IMG/VR virus record: IMGVR_UViG_3300049203_000265
Coordinates: 1-58,867 of that record
DNA from: a virus
Taxonomy: Duplodnaviria; Caudoviricetes
Length of the DNA stretch: 58,867 bases
Direction: 5' to 3' (one strand)
Below, one piece after another: positions 1 through 8,583 of this stretch. Position 1 is the stretch's first letter, and the number at the start of each line of letters is the position of its first letter. Made by a program: the position numbers and the translations under genes. The notes beneath the pieces were generated by a model. That model was not told the origin of the DNA. It searched no databases and saw only the letters and a program-made list of their open reading frames with translations.

Positions 1-129
1 GCCGGGGTCGGGCCCTGGGGGCCGGCCGGCTCCTCGCGGGAATCCGGGGCCGAGAGAGGCCGCCCGAGGGCGGCCTCCGCGATCACCTCCTGGTCTTCTT
101 GTGCAGGAGGACCACGAGCAGCAGGAGGA

Positions 130-414
130 TCATGACTGGTTGATCCTCTCGGCGAGGACCATCGCCCACTGGCGCCGGTGGATGTCGTTCGCGAACCGTC
201 CGAAGGCGACCTCGGCGACGCCTCGGTCGAACCCGTGGGCGACGAGCGTCTCGAAGAACTCCGTGCAATCCGGCAGCTCGGCCGGGTCGCCGTCGAACTC
301 GAGTTCGAAGGTCCCGTTCTCGTGCATCACCTGCTGGAGGCCCTTGATCCGCAGGGTGATGCGGCGCTTGGTCGGCTCTTTGCGCGGAGCCTTCGCGACC
401 CTGACGTCCTCCAC
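130..414 (-). CDS. hypothetical protein
   Basis: GTG-start ORF in the leftward cluster with phage-like codon usage. Confidence 0.6.
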   Translation of the reverse strand: MEDVRVAKAPRKEPTKRRITLRIKGLQQVMHENGTFELEFDGDPAELPDCTEFFETLVAHGFDRGVAEVAFGRFANDIHRRQWAMVLAERINQS

Positions 415-415
415 G

Positions 416-592
416 TCAGAACCCCGCCACCCAGCGGACGAAGTCCTCGAACACCCGGCGGGCGACGCTCGCGGGCGAGGGGCGGTAGAAGACCGGCCGG
501 CCGAGCCGGTAGCGGTCGTTGTTGCGGTGGACTGCGGCGACGGTCGTGCCGGACGCCAGGCGAAGGTTCGCCAGGAACTCGCTTCTTTCCAT
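416..592 (-). CDS. hypothetical protein (MERSEFLANLRL...)
   Basis: ATG at 592 with GGAGG upstream; abuts the next leftward gene. Confidence 0.6.
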   Translation of the reverse strand: MERSEFLANLRLASGTTVAAVHRNNDRYRLGRPVFYRPSPASVARRVFEDFVRWVAGF

Positions 593-667
593 GATACCCT
601 CCAAGGTAGGTGAGCACGGGATTGTGCGCACCTTATTGGAGGGGACCCTCGGGTCCCCCTGCCTAGG

Positions 668-982
668 TCACTTCGCCCAGGCGTTCTTGACTCCGGCGTC
701 CTTCATCTCCTTGTGGATGTTCTTGAAGGTGAACTCCAGCCGGCACGAGTAGACCTGCCCGTAGGACAGACCGAGGACCTTCGCCGCCTCGCGGTGCTTC
801 ATGTCCTTGAGGTCTCCGGACAGGATCCGACGAGCGTCGTCGTCGGTCATGTCACGGGTCGATTCGTCGGACTTCTTCGTGGACTCTTCGAGCGCCTTGA
901 CCCGACCTTCGAGCGCCTGCACGTAGGCGACGAGTTCCTTCAGGGTCGCCGGAACTTGGACTTGTTGGACTTGACCTTCCAT
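668..982 (-). CDS. coiled-coil + HTH-like DNA-binding protein, paralog of 53423..53860
   Basis: AGGAGA RBS before ATG 982; RDMTDDDA...HREAAKVLGLSYGQVYSCRLEFTFK resembles a helix-turn-helix. Confidence 0.75.
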   Translation of the reverse strand: MEGQVQQVQVPATLKELVAYVQALEGRVKALEESTKKSDESTRDMTDDDARRILSGDLKDMKHREAAKVLGLSYGQVYSCRLEFTFKNIHKEMKDAGVKNAWAK

Positions 983-1032
983 GATACTATCTCCTGGTTG
1001 TGTGCATCCCGGGATTGGGTTGCACAAGATAG

Positions 1033-1158
1033 ATTATACCGAGATAAACTAGCTTGTACAATCCATTTACACTTTATTACATCTTCACATTCCCCTCGAA
1101 ACCGCTCAACTTCATCAACTCACAAATTCATTATACATGTAACGATGCGCGATGTACA
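1033..1158 (-). promoter_or_regulatory. two tandem leftward sigma70-like promoters
   Basis: On the minus strand: TGTACA-N16-TATAAT (1060..1033) and TGTACA-N17-TATAAT (1158..1130). Confidence 0.6.
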
Positions 1159-1389
1159 ATGCTTTTACGAATTGTTACATCGTCTACATCTCATTACCTA
1201 TTCGCGAAACATATCGGGCGTCGCGCGGCGATAAGAAAAACGTATGGGGGCCCCAAACCGGCAGGGTGTGGGGTCCAGGGTGCCAGGCATTTCGAAAATT
1301 TGCAGCCTTTACAGTATTGAAGGCGTCACCGTGCGCGATGGGCGATGCGCATTGTCCTCCGAACGATGCACGTTGCGCGATGGACGATG

Positions 1390-1437
1390 ATTTTCGCACA
1401 ATTTTCGCGCTTTTCGCACAATTTTCGCGATTTTCCG
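1390..1437. repeat. phased TTTTC(GC) array upstream of putative terS
   Basis: attttcgcacaattttcgcgcttttcgcacaattttcgcgattttccg: five T4 tracts at ~10 bp spacing. Confidence 0.7.
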
Positions 1438-1539
1438 TCCCCGGGGCGTCGCCCGTCGCCCCCGAGTCGCCCGAAAATCCGAAAAGGGCGAGTTTTCGGC
1501 CCCCGGATCGTCGGACAGTGTTCCTTCGTGAATTCCCCG

Positions 1540-1580
1540 GACCAAAGGGGTGTACTTTTTGGTCCGGGCGCGGTAGAATA
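1540..1580 (+). promoter_or_regulatory. late-type promoter GACCAAAGGGG-TGTACT-N17-TAGAAT
   Basis: Shares the upstream box with the capsid promoter at 13779. Confidence 0.6.
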
Positions 1581-1602
1581 CTCGGCAGGAACGGATCCCG
1601 AA

Positions 1603-1962
1603 ATGTCCCACCAAGTCGCCCGCGTTCGCACCGCACAGGAGTCGGCACTCGCGCTCGTGCAGGCGGAGTTCCGCGACTACCACCCCCTTGTCGGCCTGGC
1701 AAGGCTGGCGCACCGCACCGAGGTGCAGGCCGACCCACGCCTCGAACTGGAGGTGCACAAGGCCATCCTGCCGTACGTCACGCCGAAGTTGGCGTCGATG
1801 GAGGTCAAGGAGGTGCCCTCGGACGACCGCCGGGTGATCGTGACGCTCTTCGAGGACGTGGAGGTCGTCGAGGAGACGGCCGAGGGCCGCCTGACGACGT
1901 CCGTGCCCGTGCAGATCCCGATGGTGGTCGAGGACGCCACCGAGCTCGTTCCGTTGGATTGA
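1603..1962 (+). CDS. putative terminase small subunit
   Basis: First gene of the late operon; helical protein with HKAILPYVTPKLASMEV, typical of TerS-like proteins. Confidence 0.55.
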   Translation: MSHQVARVRTAQESALALVQAEFRDYHPLVGLARLAHRTEVQADPRLELEVHKAILPYVTPKLASMEVKEVPSDDRRVIVTLFEDVEVVEETAEGRLTTSVPVQIPMVVEDATELVPLD

Positions 1963-1971
1963 GGAGTGACT

Positions 1972-2217
1972 ATGGCTTTCATGCGCATGAAACTGCAGGT
2001 CCTGTCGGTCGCCAACCACGGGGGCAACTACGAGCAGGTCGAGATGTCGGCCGTGGCCAAGAGCGACGGCTACCCGGCGGACGGGTCGGACGAGGACAAC
2101 ACCTTCGCCAGGTGGACGCCGTCGGCGACCCTGAAGTACACCGTGAACAACCCCAACCTGTTCGGCAAGCTGCGGCCGGGCATGAAGCTGTACGCCGATT
2201 TCGAAGTCGCGGAATGA
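1972..2217 (+). CDS. hypothetical protein
   Basis: GAGGAG RBS; EDNTFARWTPSATL..VNNP..FGK is a recurrent phage hypothetical pattern. Confidence 0.7.
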   Translation: MAFMRMKLQVLSVANHGGNYEQVEMSAVAKSDGYPADGSDEDNTFARWTPSATLKYTVNNPNLFGKLRPGMKLYADFEVAE

Positions 2218-2264
2218 TCCGCGGAGCGCGCCTCAGGCCCCTGGGGTAGACTGGAGAAAGTACC

Positions 2265-2735
2265 ATGCCGGTTCTCGCACGTAGTCTGGTCAACTACCCA
2301 CAAACCATCAGCGGTCAGACCATCCCAGCAATGGGGCAGCGCACCTACGGTGCACTGACGGCCGCTCTCACCACCGCCGTGAACAACGGGACGATCAAGG
2401 CCCAGGAGTACGTCGACCCGCAGGCGGCGTCGATCTACGCGGGGCAGAAGGTCCAGTACGCGACGCCGCTAACCGGCGAGACGCACACCGTGGACGACGA
2501 CGCCGACGTCGTGGTCATGCAGCCGGCCGGCACCATCGCCGCGCTGACGCTGAACATGCCCGCGTCGCCGTTCGACGGCCAGGAGGTGGCGTTCGCGTCG
2601 ACGCAGGTCATCACCGCTCTGACGATGAGCGGCAACGGCAAGACGCTGCTGGGGGCGCTCACCGCGGGCTCGGCCAACGGCTTCGCCAAGTGGCGCTACC
2701 GCGCGGCCACCACGACCTGGTACCGCGTCGGCTGA
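2265..2735 (+). CDS. putative virion structural/decoration protein
   Basis: GGAG RBS; Thr/Ala/Gly-rich beta protein ending TWYRVG. Confidence 0.6.
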   Translation: MPVLARSLVNYPQTISGQTIPAMGQRTYGALTAALTTAVNNGTIKAQEYVDPQAASIYAGQKVQYATPLTGETHTVDDDADVVVMQPAGTIAALTLNMPASPFDGQEVAFASTQVITALTMSGNGKTLLGALTAGSANGFAKWRYRAATTTWYRVG

Positions 2736-2812
2736 TCGGTCACTCGGGGCGGCCCCGGAAGTGAGGGGCCGCTTAAACGACCGTCAGGCGCCCGGCCAAC
2801 TTGGAGATTGAG

Positions 2813-3001
2813 ATGGAAGAGCCATTCGAGGTCGGCGCGACGGTGCGGCAGAGGCCCGCCGAGCCGGTCGAGGGCGAGGTCGTCGAGTCCCAGTGGGACG
2901 GCAAGGCCAAGTCCTTCAGGTACCTGGTGGAGACCGCCGAGGGCGGGCGCCACTGGTTCGAGCACGCTCAGGTCGAGCGGGTCGACGGGGAGGCGCAATG
3001 A
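2813..3001 (+). CDS. small SH3-like hypothetical protein
   Basis: FEVGATVR...GEVV...YLVE...HWF pattern; GGAG RBS. Confidence 0.6.
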   Translation: MEEPFEVGATVRQRPAEPVEGEVVESQWDGKAKSFRYLVETAEGGRHWFEHAQVERVDGEAQ

Positions 3002-3774
3002 ACCTGGTTCACAGTGAAAAGGCGAGAGCCCGGGCCGTCTTCGGCGCCGGTCTGCTCGCGGAGGCGGTCGTCGCGGAGCTCGCCGCCGCCACGAGCGTGT
3101 ACGGCTTCACGGCGACGGGCCCGGTCGAGGAGTACCGCGACCGGTACGTGCGGCTGCGCGACCGGGTGCTCGAGCTGGGCATCCAGGTGCGGCGCGAGCC
3201 CCACCGCCGCGAAGAGCTGCGCCGGGAGGCGGCGTTCCTGCGCGAGCGGCTGCGGGAGATCCCACAGGAGGTCAAGTGGGTCGACGAGATCCACAACGTC
3301 GTGTGCACGGAGGGGAAGAACGCCGCTCTGACGCACATGCTGAAGGGCAGCACGTACACGGCCGCCCAGGTCATGGGGCTGATCGAGGACGCCGGTTACG
3401 GGTTCGCGGGAGCGAACGGGTCCGGCGTCGCGGCGACCAACCTGATGGGCTCGGTCACCGCCGCGGCGGGGGCCTCCCCGGCCAACGGCTGGAACGAGGC
3501 GCAGTCCTCGTCGATGGCCACCCGCGGCACGCCGGCCTTCGGTACCGCGTCGGCCGGCGCGCTCGCCCTGTCGTCCGCACTGGTGTTCAACATGTTGGCG
3601 ACGGACACCATCAAGGGGGCGTTCCTCGGGATGAGGAGCGCGGCGGGTACGGCGCCGACCACGACGGTGGGCAACACGAGCGGCGCGTTCTGGTCCGCCG
3701 GGCTGTTCAGCGGCGGCGACAAGCCGGTCGGCAACGGAGACTCGCTCTCCGTGAGCTACAGCACGAGCCTGTGA
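2998..3774 (+). CDS. putative virion accessory (fibre/collar-type) protein
   Basis: ATGA overlap; NVVCTEGKN...FSGGDKPVGNGDSLSVSYS seen in fibre-associated proteins. Confidence 0.6.
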   Translation: MNLVHSEKARARAVFGAGLLAEAVVAELAAATSVYGFTATGPVEEYRDRYVRLRDRVLELGIQVRREPHRREELRREAAFLRERLREIPQEVKWVDEIHNVVCTEGKNAALTHMLKGSTYTAAQVMGLIEDAGYGFAGANGSGVAATNLMGSVTAAAGASPANGWNEAQSSSMATRGTPAFGTASAGALALSSALVFNMLATDTIKGAFLGMRSAAGTAPTTTVGNTSGAFWSAGLFSGGDKPVGNGDSLSVSYSTSL

Positions 3775-4127
3775 TGCAGCTCGATCCGGACGGCTTCGAC
3801 TGGCAGCGATGGGCGTTCCACCCGCTCGTCGCCTCGCTGTTCGGGGCCGCCATCCAAGTGGTGCACTCGGTCCCCGGCACCAGCCGGGGTATCCAGATCG
3901 CCAACGCGTTCACGGCCTTCGTCAGCGGCATCTTCCTGGGCGCCGTCGTGGTGGAGTGGCGCGAGATGTCCAGCCGGCCGCTCATCGGCCTCACTCACCT
4001 GCTCTTCGCGATCGGTGGACTGATCCTGATGGGCGGGTTCCTCAACTACCTCAAGGAGACGAAGTTCGCCGATCTGCCCTTCATAAGGGGGTTTCTCAAG
4101 GGAGTAGCCCCTAAGGAGGGCACATGA
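3774..4127 (+). CDS. holin-like membrane protein (3 TM)
   Basis: 117 aa, three hydrophobic segments, charged C-terminus. Confidence 0.55.
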   Translation: MQLDPDGFDWQRWAFHPLVASLFGAAIQVVHSVPGTSRGIQIANAFTAFVSGIFLGAVVVEWREMSSRPLIGLTHLLFAIGGLILMGGFLNYLKETKFADLPFIRGFLKGVAPKEGT

Positions 4128-4465
4128 TGTACGATGTGATGGCCTTTTGTTTCGTTCTCGCGTGTCTCGCGATCTGGAAGTACCCGCCGATCCACACCGG
4201 CACGTTCGGGTCCCTCGGACTGGTCGTCATGGCGATCGCGGCAGTCTTCAGCATGGACGACGGCCTGTACGGCAGCCCGGACAGCATCAAGTGGTGCTTC
4301 GTGACGCTCATGGGCGGAGCGGGGCTCGTGATGCTGCACGTGCTGTTCTCCGTGCAGAAGATGCTGCGCCACATGCCGAGGCACGCCTCCGAGGTGCCGC
4401 TGCGCCGGTCCACCGACTACGGTGACTTGGACGACGGGGACCGGTCGCACGGGATGCACGCGTGA
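4124..4465 (+). CDS. membrane protein (holin/antiholin-like, 3 TM)
   Basis: Three hydrophobic segments, hydrophilic tail with RRSTD; coupled to the previous gene. Confidence 0.55.
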   Translation: MMYDVMAFCFVLACLAIWKYPPIHTGTFGSLGLVVMAIAAVFSMDDGLYGSPDSIKWCFVTLMGGAGLVMLHVLFSVQKMLRHMPRHASEVPLRRSTDYGDLDDGDRSHGMHA

Positions 4466-4573
4466 CTCACGGCGTCAGGATCACGACCGTGCTCGCCCTA
4501 CTGCTGTGGTGGGCATTGGTCGTGATCGTGGGCCACGTCGTACTGACGCTCTCGTAACAACAAGGAATAACAG

Positions 4574-5290
4574 TTGCAGATCCTAAGAACAATCTTCGTG
4601 CTCGTATTGGCCGTCCTCGCATTCGTGGTCGGCGCGCTCCTGTCCAAGGCGAACGCCCAGGTGACGGACACCCCTGTGACCGCCAGGCCGGCGCTCAACA
4701 AACTGGTGGTCGAGATGGACTCCATGGGGCGCATGTGCGCCGTGTGGTGGGCGCGCGACTCGAACCGATACGGCGACTACCACCTCGCCGCGGCCGTGCT
4801 GGACCCGACCAAAGTGGCGGCGTCCGTGCGCGACGCACTGAAGGCCGCGATCGTGGCGCAGGACGTGGCCGCACTGACCAAGATGCGGACGCACGACGTG
4901 CGCGACCTGAGGGAGGCGCTCGAGCTGTGCGTGCCGTCGGACGAGCCCTCCGTCGACCCGGCCGTCGAGGCCAAGCGGCAGCGGATGCTGGACGCACTGT
5001 CGAGGGTGCTGCAGCCGGCGGCGTGGATCGTCTCCAAGTCGTCGAGCGCGGACGGCACCAACCCGGCCTACTGCCTGAAGGCCGACGGTACGCGGGACAC
5101 GACCAAGTCCTGCGGCCGCGCGGCCAGTCTCGTCCCGGGCACCACGAAGCCCATGTGGTGCGACTGCCTCGTGCGGTCCGTCGAGACCACACAGACCTCC
5201 TACTGTTCGTGGCCGTTCGCCAGGCAGACGTTCGACCCGAACGAGCCCCAGCGAGTAACTCGGTGCACGGAGAATGTGAGTGGTCTGTGA
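4574..5290 (+). CDS. exported Cys-rich protein
   Basis: TTG start after AAGGA; signal peptide ending ANA-Q; C-terminal domain with six Cys. Confidence 0.6.
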   Translation: MQILRTIFVLVLAVLAFVVGALLSKANAQVTDTPVTARPALNKLVVEMDSMGRMCAVWWARDSNRYGDYHLAAAVLDPTKVAASVRDALKAAIVAQDVAALTKMRTHDVRDLREALELCVPSDEPSVDPAVEAKRQRMLDALSRVLQPAAWIVSKSSSADGTNPAYCLKADGTRDTTKSCGRAASLVPGTTKPMWCDCLVRSVETTQTSYCSWPFARQTFDPNEPQRVTRCTENVSGL

Positions 5291-5490
5291 GCAGCCGAAC
5301 CCTGAACTTCGAGGAGCGCATCCGGGCACAGAAAGAGCGCAAGAAGCCTAAGCACCTCCTCAGGGCTCCGTACACCGACGAGGAGCTGTGCAAGGTCGAC
5401 CGCCACAATTCCCTGACGTTCGAGGAGCGCGTGCGCTGGGACCGCCTCCGCGGTGGCAAGCGCGCTCTGCCGAGGGCTCCGAAGTGCTAG
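5287..5490 (+). CDS. small basic hypothetical protein
   Basis: GTGA overlap; internal repeat LNFEERIR / LTFEERVR. Confidence 0.5.
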   Translation: MSSRTLNFEERIRAQKERKKPKHLLRAPYTDEELCKVDRHNSLTFEERVRWDRLRGGKRALPRAPKC

Positions 5491-6182
5491 GCCTGTTCCC
5501 GCCGGTGCGCGCCGGGATATTCAGGGCTCCGTCCGCGCGGCAGACCAACCAGCCGCGCGGCAACTTGCTCTTCGACTTCTCGACGGACGAGAACCCGCTC
5601 GCCGGTTGGCGGCACGGCCAGACCCACGGACTGGACTGGAACAACGTCCAGGCACTGGGCGGCGTGGCCTGCGGCGCTCACATCGCAGACGGCCCGTCCT
5701 ACGACGACCCGATCGCGACGCCGGACCTCGTGTTCCCGCGCAAACAGTTCGTCGAGGGCGAAGTGTACATAGCGCCCGGGTACGCCCCGGGCGCTGGCCA
5801 CGAGCTCGAGCTCCACCTGCACACGACCATCACCAACAACGGCACGGTCGGGTCGATCACCTCGTACGAGTTTCTGCACGACGTCATCAACGACACGTTC
5901 CAGGCTGTGCGATGGGATGGGCCGATCGGCACTTTCGATTTCGGCATATCGATCACGGTGTTTAATGGTGGGCCGACGGCCGCGGTGGACGGCACTGTGT
6001 TCCGGTTCCAGGACGACGGTGCGGGCAACTTCTCCGTCTACCAAGACGGCGTGCTGAAATGGACGTTCACTGACACGACGCACCAGGGCGGCGCTCCCGG
6101 CATCGCGTTCTTCTGGACGAACGCAGCCTGCGTCGCTGGCAGCGTCGGTTGGAAGTGGATTCGCATGGGAGTGAACCCGTGA
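5484..6182 (+). CDS. putative lectin-like beta-sandwich virion protein
   Basis: Aromatic/Gly-rich beta composition (FSVYQDGVLKWTFTDTTHQGGAPGIAF); start uncertain. Confidence 0.5.
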   Translation: MLGLFPPVRAGIFRAPSARQTNQPRGNLLFDFSTDENPLAGWRHGQTHGLDWNNVQALGGVACGAHIADGPSYDDPIATPDLVFPRKQFVEGEVYIAPGYAPGAGHELELHLHTTITNNGTVGSITSYEFLHDVINDTFQAVRWDGPIGTFDFGISITVFNGGPTAAVDGTVFRFQDDGAGNFSVYQDGVLKWTFTDTTHQGGAPGIAFFWTNAACVAGSVGWKWIRMGVNP

Positions 6183-8101
6183 CCATCGCGCGCGAGTCGC
6201 CGAGTCAGGCAACCGGCGTCATCGCGGACGCCGCGGCCAGTATCGGGCGCGCGTTCCTGAACAACGTTCAGACGGGATCGTTGGTCGTAATCGTCGTCGG
6301 CAGTGATTACGTCACCAACTTCGTCGCGGGAGACTGCACCAAGACCGCAGGCACCGCGACGCTGAGCGCGTTCACGCTCGATCGCATTCAGAACGACGGA
6401 GTCAATCAGCAGGTTGCGCACTGGTCGGCCATCGTGACGGCGGGCGGTTCGCTCACTGTCTCGGTCTCGACACCGGGCTCTCACTACTCGGTGATGGGCA
6501 TCAACGCCTACACCGGTAGCTGGGACTCGTCGCGTGTCGAGGCAGGCAATGGCGCCAACTTCACCACCAGCACCACGCCGTCGTCGGGCAATGCCACCAG
6601 TGCGGGCGAGGCCCTGTTCGTCGGCGGCTTGGCGGTGCACAACGGTGCTGTGGTCACGCTCACGCCGGGCAGCTCGTTCGCGTCGATCTTCAGCTCGCTC
6701 GACGGCACTGCCCACATCGTCGGCGACATCACCGACAAGATCGACGGTAGCGGCGCCACCGAGGCCGCGTCGTGGACCATCAGTGTCGCGCCGCTCACCA
6801 CTTCGGCGCAGGTCGTCGCGTACAAGGAGGCCGGCGTCAGTGCTACGGCCGACCAGGAGGGCGCGCGCTTCGGCAACGACGACGGGAGCGAGAGCGCCCA
6901 CACGTTCGCCGCCGCGCAGGATTCGAACGTCACCGCGCCGCTCGGGGCCAACCTCCTCGGGCGATTTCTGATCGACGGCACTCTCGACCTCCCGAACACG
7001 GCCTACACGCTTCGGTACCAGAAGAACGGCGCGGGCGGCTACGTCGCGGTACCAGTGGGCCCCACGTTCTCGACACCATCCACGTACTTCGGCGGCGCGA
7101 GCGGTGGCACGAACCCGACGACGAGCACGACGATCACCATCCCGGCGAGCCTGCCGGCGAACAGTGTATTGTCGCTCCACTTCACCAGCCGCGACCACAC
7201 GAGCGGCACGGGTCAGCCGATCGTCACCGACAACAACGGCGGTGCAGCGTGGACGCAGCGGCAGTTCTCAACCGACCGCAAGGCTCAGTGGTGGTACAAG
7301 CGCGTCGAGGCGAACCTGTCGGGCAAGACCATCACGATCAGCGGAGCGGTGGGTTCTCTGAGCGCGCGCCTGGTCGTGCTGCAGAACGTGTTCGCCACGG
7401 GCGACCCGTTCACGGACTTCGTCGAGGAGTCGAACGCTTCCGGCAACGAGACGCACGCGGCGATCACGCCGACGAACGCCGGCAGCGCTGTGGTGTTCGC
7501 CGTCTACAACTACGCGAACGACAACACGGTGACATCGGTGACTGCGGCGACCACAGGCGCGCCGGGCCAGTCGACGAGCCACGTGTCCACCGGCGGCCTC
7601 GACTCCGGGGTGCACGTGGCGGTGTGGGACAACCACCCTGCGTCGTCCTCCGGCGCGATCACCTGGGCGCAGACCGACGGCACTACTTACAGCCATGTGT
7701 ACGCGGTCAAACCGCTCGTCACCAACAACGAGATCTATGTCTCGCCGAGCAGCAACATCACCGCCGGCGGCGAGGCCACCACCGCGAGGCTGACCGCCCC
7801 GAGCGGCAAGACCACGTCGGACTTCGTGACCGGGCGTCGCTGGGACGACGAGAACGGGTCCGATTCCATCGACGTCACGGCCGACGACTACACCGAGCTC
7901 GAGTGGTGTCTGCAGGCACAGTCCCCGATGGTGAACGGTGACTACGTCGACCTACGCGTGTACGCTGGCGGAAGTGCTCTGGCCGGCTACGGCGTGACGC
8001 CTCGCTGGACTTTCGGCACGCCGACCACGTTCTCGACACCCATCGTACCGTTGCTGGTCCAACCGGCTCCGCGTCTTGCAGCCCTGCTGCGATCGTTCTA
8101 A
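6179..8101 (+). CDS. multidomain Thr/Ser/Gly-rich virion fibre-like protein
   Basis: 640 aa with several beta-sandwich modules; GTGA overlap. Confidence 0.6.
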   Translation: MTIARESPSQATGVIADAAASIGRAFLNNVQTGSLVVIVVGSDYVTNFVAGDCTKTAGTATLSAFTLDRIQNDGVNQQVAHWSAIVTAGGSLTVSVSTPGSHYSVMGINAYTGSWDSSRVEAGNGANFTTSTTPSSGNATSAGEALFVGGLAVHNGAVVTLTPGSSFASIFSSLDGTAHIVGDITDKIDGSGATEAASWTISVAPLTTSAQVVAYKEAGVSATADQEGARFGNDDGSESAHTFAAAQDSNVTAPLGANLLGRFLIDGTLDLPNTAYTLRYQKNGAGGYVAVPVGPTFSTPSTYFGGASGGTNPTTSTTITIPASLPANSVLSLHFTSRDHTSGTGQPIVTDNNGGAAWTQRQFSTDRKAQWWYKRVEANLSGKTITISGAVGSLSARLVVLQNVFATGDPFTDFVEESNASGNETHAAITPTNAGSAVVFAVYNYANDNTVTSVTAATTGAPGQSTSHVSTGGLDSGVHVAVWDNHPASSSGAITWAQTDGTTYSHVYAVKPLVTNNEIYVSPSSNITAGGEATTARLTAPSGKTTSDFVTGRRWDDENGSDSIDVTADDYTELEWCLQAQSPMVNGDYVDLRVYAGGSALAGYGVTPRWTFGTPTTFSTPIVPLLVQPAPRLAALLRSF

Positions 8102-8112
8102 CAGGAGGACTC

Positions 8113-8583
8113 ATGTCCGGCACGTTCCAAGTACCAATCCCGTTCACTTCGGTCTCGGCCGCGGTGGACCTCGCCGAAATCATCGGCCACGCGACCAAAC
8201 CGTACATCATCCTGGAGATCAACCTCTACCAGGTGACGGAGCTCGGCGACGCGGCCGAGGAGCAGCTCAAACTCGCCCTGAAGAGCGGCCAGACGACGTC
8301 CGGCTCCGGCGGCAACGCGGCCGTAGCGGCACCGTCCACCGACGCCGGCGCGGGCACGTCGGGCTTCACCTACGAGACAATGAACACCACGAAGGCGTCC
8401 GCAGGCACCATCACCACCCACAAAAACTTCGGATGGAACGTGCGCGGGCCGTTCGAGAAGGTGTTCACCGAGTATTCGCAGAACGTGATCCCGGCGGCCA
8501 CCAGGTCCACCCTCGAACTGGTGGACGCTCCGGCCGACGCGATCACCATCGGCGGTTACATGATCGTACAGGAAATCGGCTGA
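8113..8583 (+). CDS. putative virion protein
   Basis: Strong AGGAGG RBS; beta-rich. Confidence 0.65.
   Translation: MSGTFQVPIPFTSVSAAVDLAEIIGHATKPYIILEINLYQVTELGDAAEEQLKLALKSGQTTSGSGGNAAVAAPSTDAGAGTSGFTYETMNTTKASAGTITTHKNFGWNVRGPFEKVFTEYSQNVIPAATRSTLELVDAPADAITIGGYMIVQEIG

Noticed and set aside
1152-1602. Long ORFs crossing the divergent promoter region
   Set aside because: Atypical composition, overlapping promoters and repeats; the real gene starts at 1603
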